The translations under genes and the position numbers were made by a program. DNA of 42,649 nt, taken from positions 1 through 42,649 of the forward strand of contig JAAYBQ010000044.1 in assembly GCA_012730035.1 (NCBI GenBank), in the 5' to 3' direction. Position 1 is the stretch's first letter, and each line of letters opens with the position of its first letter. This document shows, piece after piece, positions 25,234 through 33,430 of the stretch. Source of the stretch: Spirochaetota bacterium. GTDB lineage: Bacteria > Spirochaetota > UBA4802 > UBA5550. Below the pieces are notes generated by a model, which saw only the letters and a program-made list of their open reading frames with translations, was not told the origin of the DNA and made no database searches.

Positions 25234-28200
25234 GTTCAGTGTCCTTGATTCCCCGCTTGAAGGGACCAACCTTATAGAGGCCAGCGCAGGTACAGGCAAG
25301 ACATGGACCATAACAATGATCTACCTGCGCCTTGTTGTCGAGAATGAACTCCCTGTCGAGTCCATACTGGTGGTAACCTTTACCCTGCCGGCGACTGCTG
25401 AACTGCGCTCGCGCATAAGGCAGTGCATCAAGGGCGCCGTGGACTACTTTGAACATGGCGCGAAAGTGGATAACAGCATCGCGGACATAATCGAAAAGAA
25501 CAGGCAGAGGCCCGGGCTGCGCGAAAGGCTCCACTGGGCGCTGCGCGGATTTGACGAGGCATCGGTCTTTACAATTCACTCGTTCTGCCAGCAGGTGCTT
25601 TCGGACAACGCCTTTGAAAGCCGTTCACCCTTCAGGACCGCGATAACCACTGATGACCGCAAAAGGGTTCTCGCTGTAACTGACTACTGGAGGCGCACAG
25701 TATATGGCATGCCGCCGCATGCCGCCAACGTGTTAATGTCATCGCTGGGCCCGGATTTACTCCTGAGAATATACAAAAAGAGGCCGATGTCTCCTGAATA
25801 CAGGCTCAGGCCCGGGCTCGCAGACGCGGGGCCCGATGATGTTGAGTCCGCATATTCCGCAGTATGCGCCTGCTTTGAATCGCTCCGGCCGGTGTGGATT
25901 GAGCATGGTGATAATGTGCGCGCACTTATGAGCTCTACTGCATCTTTAAACGGCAATAAGTACAGGGCTGACCGGATACCGGTATATATCGCGGCCCTTG
26001 AAGACTATATTACGAAGGGTGACCCGCTGTTGTGGAACGACCGGGTGCTTAAGTTCACTCAGAGCGCCATTCTTGCGGGGACAAACAAGGGCAAGGTTCC
26101 GCCACAATCACCCTTCTTTGAAGCGATGGAGCTTATGAAGTCCGGCATGGATCGTTACAATGATACGGTAAAACGCTTCAGGATAACCGTTATAAAACAA
26201 CTCTTTGAATCGGTATCAACGGAGACTGCAATGCAGTCGCTTTCGTCTGGCGAGAGGGGTTTTGATGATCTCATAAGGGATGTCTACCTGGGGCTTGTTT
26301 CGCATTCGGGCAAACGCCTTGGAGAAAAGGTCAGGAGCAGGTACAGGGCAGCTCTCATAGACGAATTCCAGGACACCGACAGCATGCAGTTCGCCATATT
26401 CAGTTCCATGTTCGGCAGCGGCACTGCGCTCTTTATGATTGGAGACCCGAAGCAGGCGATATACAGGTTCAGGGGAGCTGACATATTTTCGTACATGCAC
26501 GCAGCCGATATGGCAGGGAGCAGGTACACACTGGCAAGGAACTGGAGGTCAACTCCGGGGCTTATTGACGCGGTAAACCGGGTCTTCGGCGGCTGCGAAA
26601 ATCCCTTTGTTTTTGAAAAAATAGGGTTCAGCACCGTAATGCCGGGTAAAGAGGGGCAGTGTGATGACCTGATCGGACCCGGCGGCAGTGTGAGCCCCCT
26701 TGTTTTTGAGATCGTTGATTACATTGCCGAAGCTGATGAACATGAACCGGACAGGGACAGGGTCATCGCTGCAAGGCTCGCGGCAGAGATAAGCTCTATG
26801 CTTGCCCGGGGTTACTCAATCGGGGGGAAAGACCTTGTGCCAGAAGATATTGCCGTGCTTGTGCGTACCAATAACCAGGCTGCCATTGTCAAGGCCTCGC
26901 TCGCGGCAGCGGGCATACCAGCCGTAACGCGCAGCACCGGTTCGGTCTTCAGTTCGGCAGAGGCTGCGGAATTATACTTTGTGCTCTCTGCAATTCTTGA
27001 CCCCGCGGACCAGAGAAGGCTTCGCACCGCCCTTGCCACGGGATTGTGTGGATTCAGCGCCGGTGATATTGCGCTGATGGCTGGCGACCATGGCGCAGCC
27101 GCTTCTGAAAAGGGTGAGGGCGCATCGTCGCGTTTTTTTATTTACAGGGAGGCGTGGAACAGGGGCTTCATGGAGATGTTCACCATGTTCATGCGCGGTG
27201 AGGATGTTGCAGCGGGGCTTTTCTCGTGCGCGGGCGGCACCAGGAGAATGGCAAACCTTCTTCATATAGCCGAGCTGCTTCGCGATGAGGCTGCTGAGAG
27301 CAGGCTTGGCCCCGCTGATACGCTCGACAGGCTGGCCCGCTACATTGCCGATCCCCCCGAAGGTGACCTTTACAGCATGAGGCTTGAAACCGATGACATG
27401 GCCGTGAAGGTTATGACCGTGCATTCATCCAAGGGGCTGGAGTTCCCAGTGGTATTCTGCCCCTACCTTGCGTCAGCATCCGGCAGGGGTGAGGATGTGA
27501 CCGTTTACCACGAGAATGACGGCAGCGGGAGCGTGCCCGTTCTATATCTTGACAACGAACTGCCCGGGGATGTAAAGCTTCGCAGGGACGAAGAGGACAG
27601 GTCTGAAACCGCAAGGCTTATATACGTTGCACTTACCAGGGCTAAATCGCATTGCAGGGTTATGATTAAGATAACTGCCGGTTTCGGCAAAACCGTGCTT
27701 TCGGATATACTCTTTACCTCAAGAAGCCGGTTAAAGGCTATGATCACAGGTGATATTGATGATGAAAGCGCGGAGCTTATGCTGAAGATTATTTCAGAGG
27801 ATTCAGGGGGATCAATCGGTTTTATCCGTGGTCAGGGTTTTGCGGCCGGGGCCGCGGTACAGGCGAAGCCTGTACCGGTACTGCAGTGCAGAGAATTTAA
27901 AGGTGACCCCTCGCAGCGATGGAGGATGTACAGCTATTCGGCCATAGCCGCGTCCCTGCACGACAGGGATGAAAAGGATGATGAAGGCAGCGTTGTCTCA
28001 TTCAGGCCCGCTGCCTGCGTACTCCCTCCGGGCGCAAGGTCAGGGCTATGCCTGCACGAAATTTTTGAAAACTGCGATTTTACCTGGGAGAGCAGGGAGC
28101 TTTTTGCTGAAAAAGCGGTTGAGTCCCTGGACAGGTACGGTTTCGGCAGCGGGTACGCCGGGCCCGTAACAGATATGGTTATAAATGTGCTGCGTTCGCC

Positions 28201-28723
28201 GCTGGACGGTGACGGCCTGCGGCTTTCGCTTATTGGACAGGATGAGCGGCTGAGCGAACTTGAGTTTCACTTTCCCGTAGAGGCGGTTGCCGGCCTTAAA
28301 AAGTTCATGCCGGGTTATGACCCTGACCAGCGCGCATACACAGCACCTGATGACCTGCCCGCTATGAAGGGTATGATGAAGGGCTACATTGACCTGGTCT
28401 TTACTTACGGCGGCAGGTACTACATAGTGGACTGGAAGTCGAACATGCTCGAGCTTTCGCATGGTGATTATTCAGCTGAAGCGATGTCAGCCGAGATGAA
28501 CAGGCATAACTACCACCTTCAGTATCATATATATACCGTTGCGCTTCACAGGTACCTTGCCATGAGGCTGGGCGACAGTTACGATTACGAAAAACATTTC
28601 GGCGGGGTCTTTTACCTGTTTATACGCGGCATGAACGGTACGGGTAACGATGGCGTTTTCAGCGCCCGGCCGGAACTTGAAATTACCCGGCAGCTTGACA
28701 GTATATTCAGGGGGCATGAATAG
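25226..28723 (+). CDS. recB: exodeoxyribonuclease V beta subunit RecB (UvrD-like helicase plus PD-(D/E)xK nuclease)
   Basis: Walker A EASAGTGKTWTI, then IDEFQDTD, YRFRGAD, RNWRS, VHSSKGLEF and VALTRAK. The C-terminal nuclease motif is GYIDLVF...YYIVDWKSN. The ATG at 25226 overlaps the recC stop by 8 nt. Confidence 0.95.
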   Translation: MNEFSVLDSPLEGTNLIEASAGTGKTWTITMIYLRLVVENELPVESILVVTFTLPATAELRSRIRQCIKGAVDYFEHGAKVDNSIADIIEKNRQRPGLRERLHWALRGFDEASVFTIHSFCQQVLSDNAFESRSPFRTAITTDDRKRVLAVTDYWRRTVYGMPPHAANVLMSSLGPDLLLRIYKKRPMSPEYRLRPGLADAGPDDVESAYSAVCACFESLRPVWIEHGDNVRALMSSTASLNGNKYRADRIPVYIAALEDYITKGDPLLWNDRVLKFTQSAILAGTNKGKVPPQSPFFEAMELMKSGMDRYNDTVKRFRITVIKQLFESVSTETAMQSLSSGERGFDDLIRDVYLGLVSHSGKRLGEKVRSRYRAALIDEFQDTDSMQFAIFSSMFGSGTALFMIGDPKQAIYRFRGADIFSYMHAADMAGSRYTLARNWRSTPGLIDAVNRVFGGCENPFVFEKIGFSTVMPGKEGQCDDLIGPGGSVSPLVFEIVDYIAEADEHEPDRDRVIAARLAAEISSMLARGYSIGGKDLVPEDIAVLVRTNNQAAIVKASLAAAGIPAVTRSTGSVFSSAEAAELYFVLSAILDPADQRRLRTALATGLCGFSAGDIALMAGDHGAAASEKGEGASSRFFIYREAWNRGFMEMFTMFMRGEDVAAGLFSCAGGTRRMANLLHIAELLRDEAAESRLGPADTLDRLARYIADPPEGDLYSMRLETDDMAVKVMTVHSSKGLEFPVVFCPYLASASGRGEDVTVYHENDGSGSVPVLYLDNELPGDVKLRRDEEDRSETARLIYVALTRAKSHCRVMIKITAGFGKTVLSDILFTSRSRLKAMITGDIDDESAELMLKIISEDSGGSIGFIRGQGFAAGAAVQAKPVPVLQCREFKGDPSQRWRMYSYSAIAASLHDRDEKDDEGSVVSFRPAACVLPPGARSGLCLHEIFENCDFTWESRELFAEKAVESLDRYGFGSGYAGPVTDMVINVLRSPLDGDGLRLSLIGQDERLSELEFHFPVEAVAGLKKFMPGYDPDQRAYTAPDDLPAMKGMMKGYIDLVFTYGGRYYIVDWKSNMLELSHGDYSAEAMSAEMNRHNYHLQYHIYTVALHRYLAMRLGDSYDYEKHFGGVFYLFIRGMNGTGNDGVFSARPELEITRQLDSIFRGHE

Positions 28724-30542
28724 AGTGAATTACGGGATTGAACAGCTTGAAAAACTCGAGGCTTTCAGCGACATGGACAGGCATGTTGCATTTTACCTCT
28801 CTTCTGTTGACGGGTACGATTCGCCTCTCTTCTTTCTTATGATGATGCTTCTTAGCCGTTCCATCGAAAAGGGTAATGTCTGCCTTTTTACTGAACGGGT
28901 TGCCGGAAGAAGCCTGTCGTGGCTTTCACCCGAAGACCCCGATAACGCCGGTCTTTATGACAGCATTATGCTTCCGGGCGTTGACGAAATTGTATCGTGC
29001 GTAAAAAAAAGTTCCGCCGCAGGTATGGAGGGTGACAGGCTGCCGGTTTTAATTTCGGGTAAGAGCCTCTACTTTCACAGGCAGATGGTATGCGAGAATG
29101 AGCTTTCGGCCATGGTCCGTTCAATGTGCAGAAATATGGATGACCTTCAGCCGCTTGACAGCCTTTTGCCGCTCTTTGGAAAATATTTCCCGCGGGTTGC
29201 CGGGGAGACCGACATGCAGGCTGTTGCGGCGGCAATCTCCCTAAGAAGGGGGCTCTCGGTGATATCCGGGGGGCCGGGCACGGGCAAGACTTCGACCGTG
29301 GTAAGAATACTTTCGCTTATAACAGAGGCAAGGCGGCTTTCGGGGTTTGATACCAGGGTGGCCCTTACCGCGCCTACAGGCAAGGCTGCGGCAAAACTTG
29401 CGCTCTCTGCAAACAGCGGCAGCGACTTGATTTCGCAGGCTGAGTCATTCACCATTCACCGGCTGCTTGGATACGGCCGCAACTCGGGGTTCAGGCACAA
29501 CAGGGGCAATCCCCTGGATTTTGATGTTGTTATTGCTGACGAGTGTTCAATGGCGGACCTGCAGCTTATGCACAGCTTTTTTTCTGCGCTTAAGCCCGGG
29601 TCGCGGCTTATACTTCTGGGTGACAGGGATCAGCTTGCTTCTGTGGAGGGTGGCGCTGTTTTCGGCGATATATGCGGTACAGGTGCTGCCTGGTACAGCA
29701 GGGATATGGCAGCGTGGTGTGCCGGCCTTACGGGGGCGGACCTGTCTTCAGCGGGTGATAAGGGCCCTGCAATTGGTGACTCGCTCACGTTTCTTTCAAA
29801 GAACTGGAGGTTCGGCAGTGAGAGCGGCATAGGCAGGCTCGCGGCTGCTGTCAATTCAGGCGACAGCGACGGGGTCATGGAGATTCTTAAGTCGGGACGG
29901 TTCGCCGATATTGAATACGTTTCGTCGTCGGGGAGCGCCGTTGTAAATGCTGTTATCAAGTCTGCCGCCGGGAGGTATATTGGCGCCGGCGATATTGCCG
30001 CACAGGCTGTCGCGTCGCTTACGGGTTCATTCTGCATACTCACTGCCACAAGAAAGGGTAATTCGGGAATGGAGAGGATGAACCGCGCGGCGGAGGCTCT
30101 TCTTGCGCAGTTGGGTGTGATTGATCCTTCGGCCCTGTTCTACCCGGGCAGGCCGGTTATGGTTACGGGGAATGACTACGCGCTGCAGCTTTTTAACGGC
30201 GACATAGGAATTGTCGAAATTGAGCAGGGTGTAGAGCATGCGGTTTTCAGATTGTCCGACGGAACATCAAGGAGTATAAGGTGCAACCGGCTGCCCGCGC
30301 ATGAAACAGCCTTTGCCATGACCGTGCATAAAAGCCAGGGATCGGAATTTGACGAGGTGCTGCTGGTGCTGCCCGATAAATGGAACCCCGTAATGTGCAG
30401 GGAACTGCTGTACACTGCTGTCACAAGGGGCAAAAAGAGGGTGACCATAGCAGGCACGGAGGATGTAATTCGTAAGATGACCTGTACCGGACTTGAGAGG
30501 ATGAGCGGCCTGAGGCCTAAAATTCACCAGCCTGGAATCTGA
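28716..30542 (+). CDS. recD: exodeoxyribonuclease V alpha subunit RecD
   Basis: Walker A ISGGPGTGKTST, Walker B VVIADECSM, then LILLGDRDQL, TVHKSQGSEF and LLYTAVTRGKK. The ATG at 28716 overlaps the recB stop by 8 nt. The track start at 28650 lies inside recB. Confidence 0.93.
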   Translation: MNRVNYGIEQLEKLEAFSDMDRHVAFYLSSVDGYDSPLFFLMMMLLSRSIEKGNVCLFTERVAGRSLSWLSPEDPDNAGLYDSIMLPGVDEIVSCVKKSSAAGMEGDRLPVLISGKSLYFHRQMVCENELSAMVRSMCRNMDDLQPLDSLLPLFGKYFPRVAGETDMQAVAAAISLRRGLSVISGGPGTGKTSTVVRILSLITEARRLSGFDTRVALTAPTGKAAAKLALSANSGSDLISQAESFTIHRLLGYGRNSGFRHNRGNPLDFDVVIADECSMADLQLMHSFFSALKPGSRLILLGDRDQLASVEGGAVFGDICGTGAAWYSRDMAAWCAGLTGADLSSAGDKGPAIGDSLTFLSKNWRFGSESGIGRLAAAVNSGDSDGVMEILKSGRFADIEYVSSSGSAVVNAVIKSAAGRYIGAGDIAAQAVASLTGSFCILTATRKGNSGMERMNRAAEALLAQLGVIDPSALFYPGRPVMVTGNDYALQLFNGDIGIVEIEQGVEHAVFRLSDGTSRSIRCNRLPAHETAFAMTVHKSQGSEFDEVLLVLPDKWNPVMCRELLYTAVTRGKKRVTIAGTEDVIRKMTCTGLERMSGLRPKIHQPGI

Positions 30543-30545
30543 GTG

Positions 30546-31865
30546 CTACCGGATATTCTTTTCAATGCCTGAACGGATAATATCGTGCAGGAGCATCCTG
30601 AAGACCATGTCCTTCTCTATCGTGTATACATCAAACAGCCGGATTATATTTCCGGAATCATTGATCCTGACTATTGAATAGAGCGCCGATGTCCTGACGT
30701 ATCTTGATGTATCTTTTGAAATAACCCTGAAGAGTATATCGGCGCATTTTGCGCGCCTGAAGTTGCCCAGTGCATTGCATATTTCACCGCGAACCCTGTA
30801 GTCGCTGTCCTGAAGCGCCGCATCGAGTATTTCAATTATCGCCGGGTCTTCCTTCAGTTCCCCCAGTATGAACGCAGCCTTTACACGCAGCATCGCGGAA
30901 GGCTCTTTCTTTAAAATATGCTCCAGTCCTTCAAGTACACCCGGCCTTTTAAATACATAGAGGGCATCCAGTGCCGCGTTTTTTACTTCGCTATCCTGTT
31001 CGGTCAGCAGCATGGCTGAAACAGTGTGAGCAGCGGAAGAATATTTCAGTTCAGCCACAGCCCTTACGGCTTCAAGCCTGAGTTCGCGTTCTTCGGAGTT
31101 TATAAGCCCGGACACAAGATAGGCTGACGATGTGTCCCTGAAGTGAAGGATAACTGCGATTGCCTTTTTTTTAACCTCGAAGTTGCTGTCGTTCCTGAGC
31201 AGTCCCTTGACCTGAGGTAGCGCATTTTTGATATCGTTCTTTATGACGCAGTCCATGGCGTAAATGCGTACAGATTTGTTTTCGTCGTCAAGAAGAGATA
31301 TTACGGTCTTCTGGAACCTTGTGTCGTAGATAAAGTTGAGCGCCTCAAGAAAGTATATCCTGTGAACGGGGTTGCTGCTGTTCCCAAGTGAGAGTATTTC
31401 CGGGAGCATCCTGTCGTCCCTTACTACACCCAGTACCTGCGCGGCCCTGCTCCGTACCCCGGCCCTGGGGGCAGAAACCTTTTCAGCAATGGGAATTATA
31501 AAGGGATTGTTCTCTGTAAGTCCCAGGAAATCTATAAGTTCAATTTCGATCCTTTTGTCGTCGCTGTTGCGCAGCAGAACGGTCCAGACGTCGGCATATT
31601 CCCTGGCAGGGTAGAGTTTAAGCGCCGAGATTATTCTTATCCTTGTTTCAAAATCCTTGTCATCAAGGTATTCATCTTTAAGGAAAGGGACAAGGGCCGC
31701 GGGTTTGTTCTGCTTTATGTATTCAAGAATGCGGGAGTATCGGGGATTGTCTCCATCTGCGATTGCGTCTGCGTCAGATCTGAAGCTGCCGGTAACCTGC
31801 GCATGCAGCAGGCACGGGCAGGCAATAAAGAGAAAAAGTATTAAACCGGCACAGAACCTGTTCAT
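30546..31865 (-). CDS. secreted HEAT/PBS-lyase-type repeat protein
   Basis: Signal peptide MNRFCAGLILFLFIACPCLLHAQ. At least 7 helical repeats carry the pattern (V/L)R..A...LG, for example VRSRAAQVLGVV, LRLEAVRAVAEL, LRVKAAFILGEL and VRGEICNALGNF. Confidence 0.75.
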   Translation of the reverse strand: MNRFCAGLILFLFIACPCLLHAQVTGSFRSDADAIADGDNPRYSRILEYIKQNKPAALVPFLKDEYLDDKDFETRIRIISALKLYPAREYADVWTVLLRNSDDKRIEIELIDFLGLTENNPFIIPIAEKVSAPRAGVRSRAAQVLGVVRDDRMLPEILSLGNSSNPVHRIYFLEALNFIYDTRFQKTVISLLDDENKSVRIYAMDCVIKNDIKNALPQVKGLLRNDSNFEVKKKAIAVILHFRDTSSAYLVSGLINSEERELRLEAVRAVAELKYSSAAHTVSAMLLTEQDSEVKNAALDALYVFKRPGVLEGLEHILKKEPSAMLRVKAAFILGELKEDPAIIEILDAALQDSDYRVRGEICNALGNFRRAKCADILFRVISKDTSRYVRTSALYSIVRINDSGNIIRLFDVYTIEKDMVFRMLLHDIIRSGIEKNIR

Positions 31866-31867
31866 GG

Positions 31868-32482
31868 TCAGGAGAAGTCATAAACTCCATGCATGTAGAG
31901 GATTGCCATTGATTTTGTCACGTTCTTGTCGAGGAAGTTTTTTTTCTGCTTCATGTACTGGTAAACTACCATCATGATTCCGCCGACGAGCATTGAGGCT
32001 GTGATAAGCGGATCGAGTTCTTTTTTAAAGATACCGTTATCGCGAAGTATTCCTATTTCACGTGAAATTGTTTCAACAATGTGGTCCGTGAAAATCTTAA
32101 CTTTTTCGGATACTTCTTCATCTATGCCCACTATGTCCCTGTACATCAGTTTAATTACAATGGGTTCATTGGAGAGTAATTCCAGGCAGGTTGATATCCT
32201 GTTGTCTATCCACCTTACAAGGACTTCTGTGTCAGGTTTTGTTTTAAGGTAGTCCTTGAGGTCATCGGGATCAAGAATGTCCTCCATGTCCTCTGACACG
32301 TTGTCAAGTATTGCGTAAAGGATCTCCTTCTTGTTGCTGAAATACTGGTAGACCGTGCCCCGGGCAATATCAAGATGTTCGCAAACCTGGCCTATATGGG
32401 TACTCTGGAATCCTTTAGAGATGAACATCTCCTTGGCTGTGTCAATAATCTGCTGCTTCCTTTTTTCGCCTTTAGGTGGCAT
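31868..32482 (-). CDS. TetR/AcrR-family transcriptional regulator
   Basis: N-terminal HTH: IIDTAKEMFISKGFQSTHIGQVCEHLDIARGTVYQYFSNKKEILY. Its stop is 2 nt from the ATG of the HEAT-repeat gene. Confidence 0.85.
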   Translation of the reverse strand: MPPKGEKRKQQIIDTAKEMFISKGFQSTHIGQVCEHLDIARGTVYQYFSNKKEILYAILDNVSEDMEDILDPDDLKDYLKTKPDTEVLVRWIDNRISTCLELLSNEPIVIKLMYRDIVGIDEEVSEKVKIFTDHIVETISREIGILRDNGIFKKELDPLITASMLVGGIMMVVYQYMKQKKNFLDKNVTKSMAILYMHGVYDFS

Positions 32483-32542
32483 GGGTATAACCTCATGATA
32501 AATGTGTTTCAGGGTGGGGGGAGTAAGAATATTGTCTGTATG

Positions 32543-32665
32543 TTAAATTCTCCTGCCGCCGCTGTTTTTTCCGTTTAATCTTCTTATTTCATCTGTTATG
32601 GGGGCCAGGGCTTCCTTGAGCTCCTCAACCATTTTATCAGCCTTTTCCTGCAGTTCCTTGCTCAT
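32543..32665 (-). CDS. possible 40-aa micro-protein (MSKELQEKADKMVEELKEALAPITDEIRRLNGKNSGGRRI)
   Basis: This is the internal ATG at 32665 of the 75-aa track ORF. Only a weak purine-rich stretch (GAAGAG) lies 6 nt upstream. The peptide looks helical and charged. It lies 60 nt upstream of the TetR gene on the same strand. Confidence 0.3.
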   Translation of the reverse strand: MSKELQEKADKMVEELKEALAPITDEIRRLNGKNSGGRRI

Positions 32666-32770
32666 ATAAATCTCTTCAGCTTTTTTTATATTATCGTATA
32701 ACCCGAAGCGAAATATACAGGAAAATATCCCGAATTTATTTTCTGATCTGTTTTTATGCGATACCGGCAA

Positions 32771-32846
32771 ATATCTGTTTCTGCAGATTAGAATGTATCA
32801 GGCCGGTTCTATGGCACGACAGCTCCATTTGTGCAGGGACAGATAT
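32771..32846. repeat. 76-bp element bounded by a 15-position inverted repeat
   Basis: ATATCTGT-tt-CTGCA (32771-85) pairs with TGCAG-gg-ACAGATAT (32832-46). That is 13 Watson-Crick pairs plus a 2x2 interior mismatch around a 46-nt centre. It lies between the 91-aa gene and the micro-ORF/TetR genes. Confidence 0.6.
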
Positions 32847-32908
32847 AATTACTATCTTTAATTAACTGCTATTTAATTTAAAATGAATAAAGATTTTGAT
32901 TTTTGTAA

Positions 32909-32936
32909 AAAATAGATGCTTTGTTCAAAAGGTCAA
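32909..32936 (-). promoter_or_regulatory. candidate promoter for the micro-ORF/TetR/HEAT operon
   Basis: Minus strand: TTGACC (32936-31), a 16-nt spacer, then TATTTT (32914-09), within a very AT-rich tract. Confidence 0.3.
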
Positions 32937-32993
32937 TAATTTTTTAATCAAATTAATAAAAAATGATCAATTATTCGGGGTAATAAATGAGGG

Positions 32994-33019
32994 CAGGATA
33001 GCCTTTTCAGGCTATCCTG
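32994..33019 (-). terminator. perfect 10-bp hairpin spanning the stop codon of the 91-aa gene
   Basis: CAGGATAGCC-ttttca-GGCTATCCTG. The stop codon (33007-09) lies in the loop. On the plus strand the stem is followed by TTTATT. On the minus strand the trailing U-tract is poor (ccctcATTTATT). Confidence 0.4.
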
Positions 33020-33282
33020 TTTATTGCATGGCCTGTATTACCTGTTTCAGGTTTAACTTTAATTGAAGCACCAATCAGCATAAAAAGAAAATCCCTTACC
33101 TCTGCGGTATCCATAGTTACTGCTTCATGGATAGATCTTCTCATTTCCTGGTCCCTCTTTTCTTCAAGGGGATTGTCAGTTTTCTGGACAGGCATTTTTA
33201 CTTCCCTGTAACTGCTGTCAGATGCAACGGCCGGATTAAATGTTTCATGGATTCCCGGCAATGATGTTATATTGATATTCAT
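33007..33282 (-). CDS. hypothetical 91-aa protein
   Basis: The ATG at 33282 has AAGGAGG 8 nt upstream; the track GTG start at 33303 lies upstream of that SD. I recognised no motif. It lies downstream of the GHKL-like gene on the same strand. Confidence 0.6.
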   Translation of the reverse strand: MNINITSLPGIHETFNPAVASDSSYREVKMPVQKTDNPLEEKRDQEMRRSIHEAVTMDTAEVRDFLFMLIGASIKVKPETGNTGHAINRIA

Positions 33283-33430
33283 GGCGCGAACCTCCTTTTC
33301 CACGTTGTACTTTATTATCGGTATTTATTAATTTTTTAGAAGTAAAATATTTATTTTTTAGAGTTAATTGCTGAACTGTTTTGCCGGGTAGAATGTTCTG
33401 ATAGAGCCGCCGGAGACGGCAAAGGGGTAA

